Below the pieces are notes generated by a model, which was not told the DNA's origin, searched no databases, and saw only the letters and a program-made list of their open reading frames with translations. Positions 1 to 15,251 of a stretch of 64,000 bases of DNA are shown here, piece after piece (the first letter of the stretch is position 1; each line of letters opens with the position of its first letter). The position numbers and the translations under genes are program-made. This DNA is from Octopus sinensis. Its lineage: Eukaryota. Location of the stretch: contig NC_043009.1 in the NCBI RefSeq assembly GCF_006345805.1, positions 33,232,001 to 33,296,000 on the forward strand. The letters run 5' to 3'.

Positions 1-1
1 A

Positions 2-328
2 AGCAGTCACAAAATGTCTTATCTCGTTAAACATCATAATTTCCATTATAAGACACAACAACCAGTGTCAGATTATGAGTTTGTGATAATACATTCTCAC
101 TGTCTTCCTAATGAAATTATGTCTGCCAAAGTTTGTGAAAAATACAGAAAAACATTTCTCAAAATATTTAAGAAATACCAAGATATATCTGTGTATTGGA
201 GTCATAGTTCTGTGATGAGATTCTTTGATGTATCTTCAGAATTTTTATATGTGCCAACTTCCTATAACACTAATTGGCAGAAAATTATGGCATTTTCTAA
301 TTTTCCAAACACAAAACAGAAAACTTAA
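2..328 (+). CDS. Possible terminal coding exon, unknown product (ORF open to the left window edge)
   Basis: Stop-free frame from nt 2 (SSHK-MSYLVKHH...NTKQKT*), 108 codons of non-repetitive sequence in AT-rich DNA. No recognisable domain. Confidence 0.25.
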   Translation, partial: SSHKMSYLVKHHNFHYKTQQPVSDYEFVIIHSHCLPNEIMSAKVCEKYRKTFLKIFKKYQDISVYWSHSSVMRFFDVSSEFLYVPTSYNTNWQKIMAFSNFPNTKQKT

Positions 329-450
329 AAAATCTTTGCATCTTTTTGGAAAAAAAAATACAGCCATTCATTCGAACATAACTAAATTCTTTTACATATA
401 AACACTCATATTTCCTCGCTTCCTCTCTCTCTCTCTCCTTCTCACTCTCT

Positions 451-905
<455 letters not shown>

Positions 906-1442
906 TACAGAAAAAGAGCGAGTATGTATGTTACCAGGAGGGATGGTGAAGAAAAACAAAATAGATTTCATTTTTTGCAAGTGACTAAAATATTTTTATA
1001 TTTTCTCCACGTTTCTTTATGTTTAACTCCCAGCTAAGTGTAATGTGCAGGAAATTTCTAAACACCACACATCACATACACTTTCAAATTACACACACAA
1101 ATAACTTTAATATTTTATAAGCTTCTGCTAAAGAAAGGTTAAACCTTCACTACCAACTAATATACTTAACCATGTAAATCTATATTAACATTTTTTTTAT
1201 ATATCACCTAAACGAGAAGAGAGAATAATATGTTTTAAATAATAATTTTGAAACAGGTAATATGGGTGAAATGAGTAAAATTGGATCCTCTTTCTGCTAT
1301 TTTGTCTTCTGCATATTTTTTTCTTGAAATCCTACAAAAATTTAAGCGTTTAACATCTTATTATGGGAGCCCTAATAATACTTCACAGTTGAGTGGTTAC
1401 CACTGAAAGGACTGTTCGTTCAACGGCTTTGTACTTTGCCCC

Positions 1443-1476
<34 letters not shown>

Positions 1477-2640
1477 CGCGCGTTTTCTTTTAGGGTTTCA
1501 TATTACTTGAGAATCTTGATGTACATCCGAAAGCCTTCTGCTTCAGTCTGATTTGCTACAGAGTTGCGCAGTGACATTGCGTGGTCCCTTCAGTGGGTCT
1601 CCCCTTTCATCACTCACGATATTGTTCAAGAGAAAGATAGGGGTCGAAGCACTTTGGTCCCTACGTTGTTGCAGGAATTGCCAAAACTATGCAACAGTGC
1701 CTTAGGGACTCACGCTAATGAGTTATAGTTGATTGAATCAACTCCATTATGTGACTGGTACATGGACTGTTTTATCAACCTAAGAAGGATGAAAAGTAGT
1801 GCTGACCTCGGCGGGATTCGAAGGTTGGGAAAAGATGGAACAAATTGCACAAGTCATTTTGTTCTACGCACCAACGCTTCTGCCATCAACCACCTGTGTT
1901 TCCCTCTGATATCTTACAATCTGCTGGCTAAAAATGTTCAAATATATTTTCATTAATGTTTACTTACAAAAATAAAACAAAAATTATTTTTATTTTCCAA
2001 AATGTTGTTGTTCTAGTTTGCCATTTTCATACTGGCAGAGGGAATTGAGCATTTTTAAAAGAAAAAATTATCATTCATATAAAATCCTAATTTTAACATA
2101 AAATATAAAAAAAAGAAGTTATACGCAAAAGGAAATGGTTTACAGGCAAAATTAAATACGACAGAAATATGATCCCAGTCAATGTTCTCTAGAAACTGCA
2201 ACTGGTACTTGTCACTAATATATGACAGACTGGTTGCAAGTCCATGCAGTTGATTATGCCTGTAATTCAAAGGACAAATACATGTTACATTGTGTCACAC
2301 TGATTCCTCCTGAGAATTGTATCAAGATTACACGTGTCTACGGAATACTCGGGCTCTTACCTGCTCACTCAATAAGTAGACTGTTCTTATAGCGGACAGT
2401 TAGAACACTCGTTGTCAAATCTAAACTGAAACCATTTTCGCTCCAGATTATTTCTATAAACTCCGCGTCAGAATTAGATTTGGTCGTCGTGGCTTAGGAA
2501 ACTCCTTAAATCATTATAAACATGTAGTATTTAGATACTACACTTTATGTTTCGAGTTGAAATCCCTAGGGACCCTTATTGTCTATCTTTCCGAATGTGG
2601 CTACAGTAAAACACTCATCAAGACATCGAACTGATATATA

Positions 2641-2772
2641 TATAAGGGTCGGCTTAAAAGTCCAAAGGGCTGACTAAGACACTCTTGCGAAATCTGACCA
2701 AATGGCGTTTAACTTTCATCATTGACTCCTTCGCGGTCCATACGCTTCTTCCATCGGCCTTGCAGTGCTTAG
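2641..2772 (-). mobile_element. Mariner-family transposon 3' end remnant
   Basis: TA-flanked TIR-like start (tataagggtcggcttaaaagt). The minus strand reads ALQGRWKKRMDREGVNDES*, resembling the mariner transposase C-terminus (RWxKCIxxxGxYVE*). Confidence 0.45.
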
Positions 2773-3011
2773 CTTTTGTGTGTTTTTTTTAATAATAAGA
2801 CTCTGCAAGTATGTAAAATCCCCAAAACTGCAAATGTTTTTTCTAAGAAATAACCGATAGAATGGAACATATACAATGTAACCTATTGACTTGAGCCTAT
2901 TGAAAGGGACATATAGGATGGAATATTAGAAAATTATTATGTTAGGCATTGGTGTAGATATGCATATATATGTATATATATATATATATAATATATATAT
3001 ATATATATAGA

Positions 3012-3048
<37 letters not shown>

Positions 3049-3058
3049 TGTATGTATG

Positions 3059-3118
<60 letters not shown>

Positions 3119-3120
3119 AT

Positions 3121-3177
<57 letters not shown>

Positions 3178-3193
3178 GTATGTATGTATGTAT

Positions 3194-3229
<36 letters not shown>

Positions 3230-3554
3230 GCATATCACACATTCAATTTAAAATACTTCATAATTGTGAGCCTGGAGTGAATATCAGAGATTTTATTCTT
3301 CTCTTCTCACTGGTAAGATTAAAGACTCTAATTTCAGTGGTTGAGCATAACTTTACTGAAATGATAGCAGCACAGCCTGTTATGCAACGTATGTGTAGTT
3401 CAAGTTTTGTAGGAAGCTCTTCTCATTTTCCCGCCCTATGCAGATTTTATCCAATATTTTGAAAGCTATTATCTGTGGCTATTTTAGCGTGAGAACACTT
3501 TTATAATACTGAAATCCAAATGTAAACACACGCGTACACGCATCCGCACATAGC

Positions 3555-3945
3555 TTTTATCTTTTAGTTTCCAATTGTTTTAGTCATTGGATTGCGACCA
3601 TGCTGCATCACCACCTTGAAGGGATATAGTCGAACAAATCAAACATAGTACTTAAGCATCCCTTTGAAGTTTGTTGCTTAAGCTACGGCATATTTTGCTG
3701 AATCGCAAAACAAACCAACACCGGTTGTCAACTAGTAGAGAACAAACACAAACATATACACGCGCGCGCGCGCACATGCTTTTGCATACGACAGCTTTTT
3801 GGATAGTTCCCACCTACTAAATTCACTTATAAGGCATTGTTTGGCCCGGGGTGAGACTAGAAGACACCAGCTCAAGGTACCGTGTCTTGGAACTGAACCT
3901 CAGCCAACGTGGTTCCACAGCCTTCTTCATAACCACACAATCATG
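3555..3945 (-). mobile_element. Degenerate composite tRNA-derived SINE (family B)
   Basis: Colinear with the better-preserved copy at 56553-56966 (tail tttagtcattggattgcgaccatgctg; head gaactgaacc...accacaca). Confidence 0.6.
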
Positions 3946-4084
3946 CCAAGCATATATTTAAAAATTAATGTTTGTTGTTTTTATGTCAAACTATATGAAA
4001 TTGACGGAGTAGTCAACACATTTTAGTAGAGCATATATGTACAGTTTTCCAAGGATAGAGGTACCAGTGACTTCAAAGTTATTA

Positions 4085-4299
4085 TTTCTAATCTGGGCAC
4101 AAGGCCTTGAAAATTTGTGGGGAGGGGAGCTAGTCGATTACATCTACTCCAGTGCATAACTGGTACTCATTTCATCAACCCCGAAAAGATGACAGACAAA
4201 CTTGACATCGGGGGAATTTGAACTCTGAACCGAGCGGTAGACGGAATACCTCTAAGCCTTTCGCCCAGCGTGCTAACGATTCTGCCAGCTCGACGCCTT
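4085..4299 (-). mobile_element. tRNA-derived SINE family A (Meta-domain-like core) with 19-bp target-site duplication
   Basis: Matches the copy at 35106-35310. It is flanked by the exact direct repeat agtgacttcaaagttatta at 4066-4084 and 4300-4318. Confidence 0.8.
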
Positions 4300-5402
4300 A
4301 GTGACTTCAAAGTTATTACCAACATTTACTTTTTAAGTTATGTATAAACACTAATATCGAATACGCTGAGAATGAGAACCTAACACTGCATTGGCGGATA
4401 AATATTCTTTATTTGAGGGTTTCAAACGAACCATATGGGAATGTTGGAACTGCTCTCCATTTAGATTCGGAGTACCAAAGTTCCCAAATGGTAAATTTGA
4501 AAATTGTGAAAAGTTCACTCTTTTTCTCTCTTTCTCTCTCTCTCTTTCTCTCTCTCTCTTTCTCTCTCTCTCTTTCTCTCTCCCTTTCTCTTCTTCCTCT
4601 CGCTACATGGTATTCTTGTTAACCCACAAATAAAGTATACATGTATATATTATGTATGTATGTGTGTGTGTGTAATGTGAAGGAGGTACGTGACCTGGAG
4701 ATTAAGGTGTGTTGAACTCACGATTACAACATCGTGGATTCAACTGGTGCTGCTCTGTTTTCTTGAGCAAAACACTTCCTTTCAAGTTGCTGCAGGCCAC
4801 CCGCTTGTAACGGACTGGCGTCCTATTCAGGGAAACTTGCCACCCCTCCCTCACCCTCGCCAAGCCAGTGCGGTGGTATGATTCCTAGAGGAATGCAAGG
4901 AAGCGCATTGTGGCCAGTGGTGTATAACAATATCTGACAATCTGGCCGAGAGAATGATTCATGAGTGAGAAATGTGGAAATATCGGGCAGCTTATCAAGA
5001 AGACATGTTATCAATGTTATGTTGAAAGGATCAGAAAATAGCAAATCTTAACAACTCAAACGAAATCCTTCATACAGAGCCCGCAACACAAACATTTGGT
5101 TTATCTCCCCCTACTTTTAAATATTTCAAGTCACCATTTTACTTTATTTTCATTTACTTTATTTTATCTGTGTCTAAAACTAAACATTTCTAAAATATTC
5201 AAAAAGTGAAAAACTAATTTCGTGTAAAATTTTATTTCAAAGAGTTATTTTATTTTCGAACAGTAATTTTTAAATAAAAGAGAAAAAGGAAAGAAAAATA
5301 ATATAGCTTTCTTTTTTCTTTTTTTTTTTTTTGAAAGTAATATTAATATTTAAAACGACCATGATGATAACAGTTGTGGAGGGAGGTTGGGAGGTATGGC
5401 GT

Positions 5403-5640
5403 TGGTGATGATGCAGATGCTGATGAAGATGATGATGGTAATGATGATGATGGTGGTGAAGATGGTGGTAATGATGAACACGACAAAGAGAATAAGTCGA
5501 CGAAGAATCAAAATTGTTAGGATGAGAGTGATGTTGCTGCAAATAATAGCATTTATGATGATGTTGATGATGATGATGATGATGATGATGAGGATGATAA
5601 TGATGATGATGATGATAACGACGACGTCGGCGACGATGAC
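5403..5640. repeat. (GAT)n-rich microsatellite
   Basis: Direct reading. Confidence 0.9.
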
Positions 5641-6020
5641 TATTAAGAAGATGCTGGTGCAGATATTTTGTTTATGTATTCAGAAATATATATTTAGGAC
5701 AGGTGGATGGAATCTCTTTCTTATGCCCAAGGCACAAGAATAACATATTTTAAGATGGATGTACCAACATACATATATGCATACATAGAGGTAGATGTGT
5801 AAACGTGTACGCATATGTGTGCGTGTATATATACATACATATATATGCATATATATATGCTTATATATATATATATATATGTGTGTATGACACGTAGTAT
5901 GATAAATACGTTTTCATAAAAACGTAACGAAATGTTTTAAATTTTATATTTATATATATATATGTATATATATATATATAATATATATATATACAATACA
6001 TACATACATACATACATACA

Positions 6021-6055
<35 letters not shown>

Positions 6056-6409
6056 GTGTTAATGTATATATATATATATACATTATATATATATATACAC
6101 ATTATATATATACATATATATATGTTAGTGTATACATATATATATACACAGACACATATGAATAAAATCATGTATCTGGGGTGTATATGTATATGTATAT
6201 GTGTGTGTGTATGTGTGTGCGTGTAAAGAAGTATATGATAACTAACTTCGATAAAATTGTAATAGAATATATCTTAAAATTCAACAGAGAGCATATCTGT
6301 TTGATGTAAAATTGGTAAGTTTTTGCCAAAGGAACGCAAACACACACAATCAACTATACATAGACAGGTAGAGAGATTGAGAGAGAGAAGGATAGATAGA
6401 TAGATAGAT

Positions 6410-6477
<68 letters not shown>

Positions 6478-6478
<1 letters not shown>

Positions 6479-8028
6479 GTTTCTTTATTGGCCACACAGG
6501 GCTGCACACAGATGGGACAAGTTACAAGGTAGAGCTTTTCTTTTGGGGGATGAAGAGAACAAAAAACAAAAGGAAAAAAAAAAGGGGTGGCGTAGGTTTT
6601 CGATCAAGAGGGATCGTAAAAGGGAAGAAAAGAACAAAAACAAAAAAAAAATTGAATAAAATAAAAAGAATAAAAAGAAAAAAAGGAAAGAAAAAGGAAC
6701 AAAAGGAAAGAGAAATGAAAAAAGAAGAAAAAAGGGGGGAAAAAAGGGGAAGAGGAAAAAGAACGATCAATAGGGATCGTGTATCACAGTATTATGATAT
6801 ATGGTGTAAAGGGGAAAGCAAGTAAGGTTTATCCGTGGGAAGAAAAGCCTACGAAAAAGACCACGGTAACCTTGGTCAATATGTTACCACATTTGTTTGC
6901 AAGTGGGTAACCCTCTGTTTTCAATTTCTGGGTTCATAGGATTATGCTCAAGGTGGCTTCGTCATTCATACGTGCCATCCTTGCTACATTCACCCATCTT
7001 TTTTAAAACATTCGCTAGACAAAACTTGCCTCTCTACTCTCACTTCCTTTCAAGTGGTACTTGAAGAAGTTGATGAGAGATTGACCAGAGAGGAAAGTGT
7101 TTGTCTCCAATCCTTCAGACGCGTCCACCAGATACATTCTTTCGCCATAGCCACAAGGATGATGAAAATAGCTCTTCCTTCCCGTTTGAAGGAAGGAGGC
7201 GTGACAATATTGACGATAGACTCAGCTGATAAACCGACTCGTCCCACCGTGACAGCAGTTGTTCGACATAAGCCCACAGGTCGGAATTGTTGGACACTGC
7301 ACGAGTGCGTGCAGAACGGTTTCGTCGCTCTGACCGCATCTCGCGGCAGGTCGGACCCGTGTTTCTCGAGCCGTGTCTGTAGAGCTTATCCCGACGGGGG
7401 TAGCGCTTCTCCGGTAGCACTGCCACGCCAGGGATCTCTGAAGCTGTCCATGGGCCCTGGCCCGAAAGTCGTCCTGAACAGGCGGGTCAGGTACTCCTCG
7501 TCGACGACCAGGTTCGCCCCGAGCTCGTCGCCGTACCTCCCCTCCACTAATCCCCTATAGAATGCTTTGGTTGTGTTGAAGTCACTCAAGGTCGACCGGG
7601 ACGGCAGAGTTGCTTGAGAGCAACGCGACACTCGCGTGCCAATCGCCCTTCTCGGCCTCTTTTTGATCCACGACTGCAGTTCGGTCATGGAGACGAGCTG
7701 CGGGAAAGCGTACCTCACAAACGGCGACCACACCTGTTCACCGTCGTCTACATAGAGCCAGAGATGTCGCCAGTCTCAGCGCGTGTCTGCGCATCATCAA
7801 CCACGGCATGCCCAGCCCTCCTTTTAACGGGTGTTGACAGCAAATGGATCGCCTGACCATCGGGACGCATCCTTTCCACAAGAAGCGAAAGAGAATGCGT
7901 TGTAGTATGGTGATGGTAGGGTCGGGACAAGGTACGACGGTCAGGCGGTAGTAGATGACGGACGCGATGTACGTGTTCGCCACCTCCGCCCGACCTTTTA
8001 GGGACAGTTTCCTCTCGGCCCATTGCCG
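6478..8028 (-). mobile_element. Tx1/L1-clade LINE, 5'-truncated copy 1 (RT C-terminus, zf-RVT, 3' UTR)
   Basis: The minus strand gives WAERKLSLKGRAEVAN...LFRFLWKG...PLKGGLGMP, then a CxxC..ETVLHALVQC-type zinc knuckle across frameshifts. The stop is at about 6934. The 3' UTR ends AATAAAGAAAC followed by (TATC)n. Confidence 0.85.
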
Positions 8029-8331
<303 letters not shown>

Positions 8332-9379
8332 TGTTTCTTTATTAGCCACACAGGCTTCACACAGACAGGACAAATTACAAGGTAGAGCTTTTCTTTTGGG
8401 GGTAAAAAAGGGTGTTTGGTTTTTTCGATCAAAAGGGATCGTAAAGGGAAAGAAAGAGGACACAAAAGGGGGGAATAATTTTTTTTTAAAAGGGGGGGAA
8501 AGGAAAGGAAAAAAATTGATCAATAGGGATCGTTATCACAGAAATGTCAATATGAAGTGTAAAGGGGAGGACAGTGAGGTTTACCTGTGGAAAGAAAAGC
8601 CTAGGGAAAAGGCCACGGTTCCCTCGGTCAATGAAGTCACATGTTATATTTTTTTTTTTTTGCAAATAAGCAACTCTCTGCATTAATTTTTACGGTTCAT
8701 AGAATCATAGTCAAGGTGGCTTCGTCATTCATACGTGCCATCCTTGCTACATTCACCCATCTTTTTTTAAAACATTCACTAGACAAAACTTGCCTCTCTA
8801 CACTCACTTTCCTCTTCAAGTGATAGTTGATGAGAGATTGACCAGAGAGGAAAGTGTTTGTCTCAATCCTTTCAGGCGTGTCCACCAGATACATTCTTTC
8901 GCCATAGCGACAAGTATGATAAAATAGCTCTTCCTTCCCGTTTGAAGGAAGGAGGCGTGACGATATTAACGATAGACTCGGCTGATAAACCGACACGTCC
9001 CACACGTGACAGCAGTCGTTCGACATAAGCCCACAGTCGGAAATTGCTGGACACTGCACGATTGCGTGCAAAGCGGTTTCGTCGCTCTGCCCGCATCTCG
9101 GGCAGGTCGGCCCCGTGTTTCTCGAGCCATGCCTATAGAGCTTATCCCGAACGGGTAGCGCTTCTCGGTAGCACCGCCAGGCCAGGGATCCACCACTACA
9201 GTTCGGTCATGGAGACGAGCTGCGGGAACGCGTGCCTCACAAACGGCGACCACACCTGTTCACCGTCGTCTACATAGAGCCGGAGATGTCGCAGTCTCAG
9301 CGCGTGTCTGCGCATCATCAACCACGGCATGCCCAGCCCTCCTTTTAATGGGTGTTGACAGCAAATGGATCGCCTGACC

Positions 9380-9381
<2 letters not shown>
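8332..9381 (-). mobile_element. Tx1/L1-clade LINE copy 2 (5'-truncated, internal deletion)
   Basis: Colinear with copy 1 (GLGMPWLMMRRHALRL ... KRWVNVARMARMNDEATL). It lacks the segment corresponding to copy-1 7437-7668. Confidence 0.85.
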
Positions 9382-9414
<33 letters not shown>

Positions 9415-9415
9415 T

Positions 9416-9447
<32 letters not shown>

Positions 9448-9500
9448 GAGATAGATAGATAGATAGATAGATAGATGATAGATAGATAGATAGATAGATA

Positions 9501-10554
9501 TGTTTCTTTATTAGCCACACAGGGCTTCACACAGACAGGACAAATTACAAGGTAGAGCTTTTCTTTTGGGGGTAAAAAAGGGTGTTTGGTTTTCGATCAA
9601 AAGGGATCGTAAAGGGAAAGAAAGAGGACAAAAAAGGGGGGAATAATTTTTTTTTTAAAAGGGGGGGAAAGGAAAGGAAAAAAAATTGATCAATAGGGAT
9701 CGTTATCACAGAAATGTCAATATGAAGTGTAAAGGGGAGGACAGGTGAGGTTTACCTGTGGAAAGAAAAGCCTAGGGAAAAGGCCACGGTTCCCTCGGTC
9801 AATGAAGTCACATGTTATATTTCTTTTTTTTTTGCAAATAAGCAACTCTCTGTATTAATTTTTACGGTTCATAGAATCATAGTCAAGGTGGCTTCGTCAT
9901 TCATACGTGCCATCCTTGCTACATTCACCCATCTTTTTTTAAAACATTCACTAGACAAAACTTGCCTCTCTACACTCACTTTCCTCTTCAAGTGATAGTT
10001 GATGAGAGATTGACCAGAGAGGAAAGTGTTTGTCTCAAATCCTTTCAGGCGTGTCCACCAGATACATTCTTTCGCCATAGCGACAAGTATGATAAAAATA
10101 GCTCTTCCTTCCCGTTTGAAGGAAGGAGGCGTGACGATATTAACGATAGACTCGGCTGATAAACCGACACGTCCCACACGTGACAGCAGTCGTTCGACAT
10201 AAGCCCACAGGTCGGAAATTGCTGGACACTGCACGATTGCGTGCAAAGCGGTTTCGTCGCTCTGCCCGCATCTCGGGCAGGTCGGCCCCGTGTTTCTCGA
10301 GCCATGCCTATAGAGCTTATCCCGAACGGGTAGCGCTTCTCGGTAGCACCGCCAGGCCAGGGATCCCCCACTACAGTTCGGTCATGGAGACGAGCTGCGG
10401 GAACGTGTGCTTCACAAACGGCGACCACACCTGTTCACCGTCGTCTACATAGAGCCGGAGATGTCGCAGTCTCAGCGCGTGTCTGCGCATCATCAACCAC
10501 GGCATGCCCAGCCCTCCTTTTAACGGGTGTTGACAGCAAATGGATCGCCTGACC

Positions 10555-10556
<2 letters not shown>
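9501..10556 (-). mobile_element. Tx1/L1-clade LINE copy 3 (near-identical to copy 2)
   Basis: Same 5' breakpoint (gcctgaccat|agatag) and same internal deletion as copy 2. Confidence 0.85.
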
Positions 10557-10630
<74 letters not shown>

Positions 10631-10657
10631 CCAAGCAGATAGACAAATTGATAGATT

Positions 10658-10691
<34 letters not shown>

Positions 10692-11049
10692 TAGACAGAC
10701 AGGCAGACAGGCAGTCAGGCAGGCAGACAGGCAGGCAGGCAGACAGTGATAGTGACTACCAACTCTCACCAAAGAACAGTTTGGAAATTAAGAGTTTTCA
10801 AAATGGAGTGGAGCATTGGGTTTAACGATGACGGAATTACATCACTGGTGATGGAGACTGTCTGAAGGATTAACTTTGTAATTTTCTATTCTGTAACCGT
10901 GTGTAATTTGAAAGACCCGGGTCGGTTAATGATGTTGTTATACCATCCTGTCCATTAATTACGCTAAAATGTCTATAGATTTATCCTTGTCCGTATATCT
11001 ATATTTGTTTGATAGAGAGATACGTATCTAAGTAGATAGAAAGTTAACT

Positions 11050-11533
11050 ATATAGATAGATACATAAATACATACATACATACATACATACATACATACA
11101 AACATACATACATACATACATACATACATACATACATGCATGGATACATGCATAAATACATACATGCATACATACATACATACATACATACATACATACA
11201 TACATACATACATACATACATAACATGCATGGATACATGCATAAATACATACATGCATACATACATACACACATACATACATACATACATACATACATAC
11301 ATACATACATGAATGGATACATGCATAAATACATACATGCATACATACATACACACATACATACATACATACATACATACATACATACATACATACAAAC
11401 ATACATACATACATACATACATACATACATACATACATGCAAACATACATACATACATACACTCCATACATACATACATACATACATACATACATACATA
11501 CATACATGCATACATACATACATACATACATAC

Positions 11534-11564
<31 letters not shown>

Positions 11565-11677
11565 CATACATACATACATACAACATACATACATGCATAC
11601 ATACATACATACATACATACATACATACAAACATACATACATACATACATACATACATACATACATACATACATACA

Positions 11678-11706
<29 letters not shown>
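11050..11706. repeat. (CATA)n microsatellite with internal higher-order variant
   Basis: Direct reading. Confidence 0.95.
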
Positions 11707-11711
<5 letters not shown>

Positions 11712-11941
11712 GGTAGCAACTTTCAATGAGAAGGGGAGATAATTCAACAAATTAAGAATGAATTTCATAGAAAATTGAATTTTCATGCTTGCATTCATTT
11801 AGAATGAATGGGTTTGAAATGTTGATATAGACAACATGTGTGTATGCACATGTTTTTGTCTATGTGCATGTGTCTATATGAACGTGGGCATTTACGTGGG
11901 CATGTGTTTAGAAGTGTGCATGTATATGCGGGTGTTTTATG

Positions 11942-12018
<77 letters not shown>

Positions 12019-12265
12019 CGTGGAGTAGATGAAATTAAGGCGACTGAAGAAGGGCAATTTTCCTTGTTTTGTATGTCCTGTACTCTATTTTTTCGTTGTT
12101 TTAAAAAAATGTCAATTTCCTTGGTTTTGTGTTTATTTTTTTCGTTTCTCCTTGTGTTCGACGTTTTTTTTTTTTGGTGTCATATATGCATGTATATATA
12201 CATGTAGAGGTAGGTACGTACATATATGTATGTATATATGCATATGTTTTATTTATTTATTAATT

Positions 12266-12337
<72 letters not shown>

Positions 12338-12470
12338 TGGGGTGTCACATACTCATTTAGATTTAGATTTATTAGTGAATTTTGAAAATATTGCATTCGG
12401 CAACATATGTGCATGCATGGGTATGCATGTAAACTTGTGTTCATGTCTGTGTATGAACGCACACACACTC

Positions 12471-12512
<42 letters not shown>

Positions 12513-13265
12513 TGCATACATATATATACATATATTTATATATATAAGTGTATATATAAGTGTATTTATATATATATATGTATGTATATATATGCACATA
12601 TATCTATATATGTATATTTATATATATATGCATATATATGTATATGCATATAAATATATTTGCATATATGTATGCATATATATGTGCATATCTATATATA
12701 TATGCATATATAAATGCACATATATACAAATATATTTATTTATATGCATATATATGTGCGTGCGTGTTTGGGGTGATATGTAAATTATACGTGTGCATAT
12801 TTGTGTGTCCGTATATATTATACACACCTGTGGAATGGTTTACACTCCTTCCATTTTAAATATTACAAGAGTTAAAATCTATGTGTGATCCTCTGTGTAT
12901 GTATTTGCGTGTCTATATGTGTGTGTATGTTACATGTGTTTGTATATGTGAGTCTTTGTATACGTGCGTATATGTCTGTTCCTGTATGTCTCCGTGTCTC
13001 TGTGTGTTCTTTTATGTATGTGTGTGTATCTAAATGATTATGTATATGTTTCAGCGTGTTCGAGTGTATGTTCATTTACTTGTATGCGTTTACATGTGTT
13101 TGTATGTCTATAGGTTCATATATCTTCTTGTGTGTTCATAGGTCTGAATATACACTGAGTTTAAATGCATATATATATGTGTGTTTGTGTGTGTGTATGT
13201 GTGTGTGTGTGTGCACGTCTACGAATATATCTGAGTGTGCATGAACGTGTGTGTGTGTATGTGCG

Positions 13266-13296
<31 letters not shown>

Positions 13297-15251
13297 TTAC
13301 ATACATACATATATATATATTATTTATATAGCTATATATATTTATATATTTATATGTGTGTATATGTGTGTGTGTGTTCCTTACTGTATTGACTGAGTAA
13401 ATATGGATGTATATACAGGACGCAGTTGAAACTGATCTGTAGCAATGCGTATAGCTACATATGTACATATGTATGTATATAAATAAACACATTAACAGCA
13501 AACACCATGTTCGCCATTGCAGCAGCAGCAGAGATGAAATCTATTCTCTTTAAAGTTTGACACAAACCACAGAGCATAACTTTGTTGTTCTAAAGGTACA
13601 ATTAAGTAAATTGTTGAACATTGCACAAAGGAAGCTTCGGGGGTAACAGGGCAATTTGAATTCATCACTGATTTCCTGTCCATATTCCCCCAACATCCTT
13701 CCTGCTTGGCATCACTTACCAATAATCAGAATTTTCACTCTCTTTGACGTAGTTGTTCGTTGTTATCTGACATCACATAGCAACATCATCAATACTATCA
13801 CCATCATCCTCATCATCATTATCATCATCATCATATGACGACGACGATGACGACGACATTATTAAAATCTACACACAGGTCCATATTAAAAGGAAATTCA
13901 GATTCCTTTCGACAACTTCCAGCAGCTTCTATGCGAAATGAATAGGATTTCTTCAAAAGTCCAAAAATCGAAATTCCACAGTTCGTTGTTGGAGTTTCAA
14001 TTTCTGAACAATAAACTTTAATGAACTCTAATTCCGATAAACATAAAATTAGAGGAAATTCTAAATATTTATTTTATTACGCTTTTCACCCCAACTCATG
14101 AGGAATTTTCATCAGTTTTATGATGGGAAGAAAAGGTAATATTTGCTTCTTGCTGTGAGTTTTATACATATATATATATATATATATATAATATATATAT
14201 ATATATATAATATATATATATATAAGAGATAAACATAGGAAGAGTACATTTTAAATGAATTAAGTTAATATATATTTAATTTTTCCTAATTTGGCTGCAT
14301 TCGTTTTATACGGCTTAACATATCTTAATTCAATTAGTTTTAAGACTTATTGCTCGGATAACTTTTACGACTTGTATTGGTTCCAGGAAAATGGACGTAT
14401 TGCTGGAATTATTTTCATGACTTTAATTGGTTTTTACGACTGTAGGTTTTAATTGGTTTTATGACATTACACTTAGTTTTATAAATGTGGTCTTAAGACT
14501 TCTTAAAGTGATTAATTTAAAAACTTTAATTAGATTTAAGTCATTAGGATATTCAATGACTTACCACTTCTATGAATTCGATTACTTTTAACACTTTGAA
14601 TAGTTTTTAAAAGTTAGTAACATAATTGGTATTATAAATTATCACCCCGATACATTTTAGGGACTTCATTAGATTTAGATAAATTTTATGTAACTGATTT
14701 ATCAACTTTTATAAGTTTTAACCCATTAAAATAATTGATCTTAGAACTTATTGCATTGATCAATATCAGAGCCTTGATTAGTTCTAGAATTAATTATCGT
14801 GGTTTATTTTCAAATATTTACTAATACAAAATGGTAAAGAAGTTAGGATTTCGAAAGTAATTTCAGATTCCACTTCCCAATAACTAATCTCGCACTATTT
14901 CACTGCAACATTTCTCTCACGCATTTTATGAATACAGAGGCTACCTCCTTATTTCTGTAGAACAGCCATATCGACAATCTATTCTCAGGAAAAAAATCCA
15001 GCATGAAGTGCTCTTTTAGCCCTTACAGACTGGTGAGGAGAATGTGAAAGAAGTTGAATTTTGAATTTATGCAGGTTAATGTTTATGTTAATTCTAATCT
15101 TTATTTCTGAGGGTCGGGAACTACGGACGCATGCACACTATCCCTCCATCGATTCCTACCCTGGGTTATGGTTGTGCGTTCAGCCAGAAGCCTTCCGGTC
15201 CATTCTTCGGCATCGTCTCTTCAGCACCTCGCTTTCTCACTTTCTCGGTTC

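Noticed and set aside
13492-13790. Host exons around the 76-aa ORF and the GTAAGT donor at about 13719
   Set aside because: No consistent acceptor, donor and frame combination, and no recognisable peptide.
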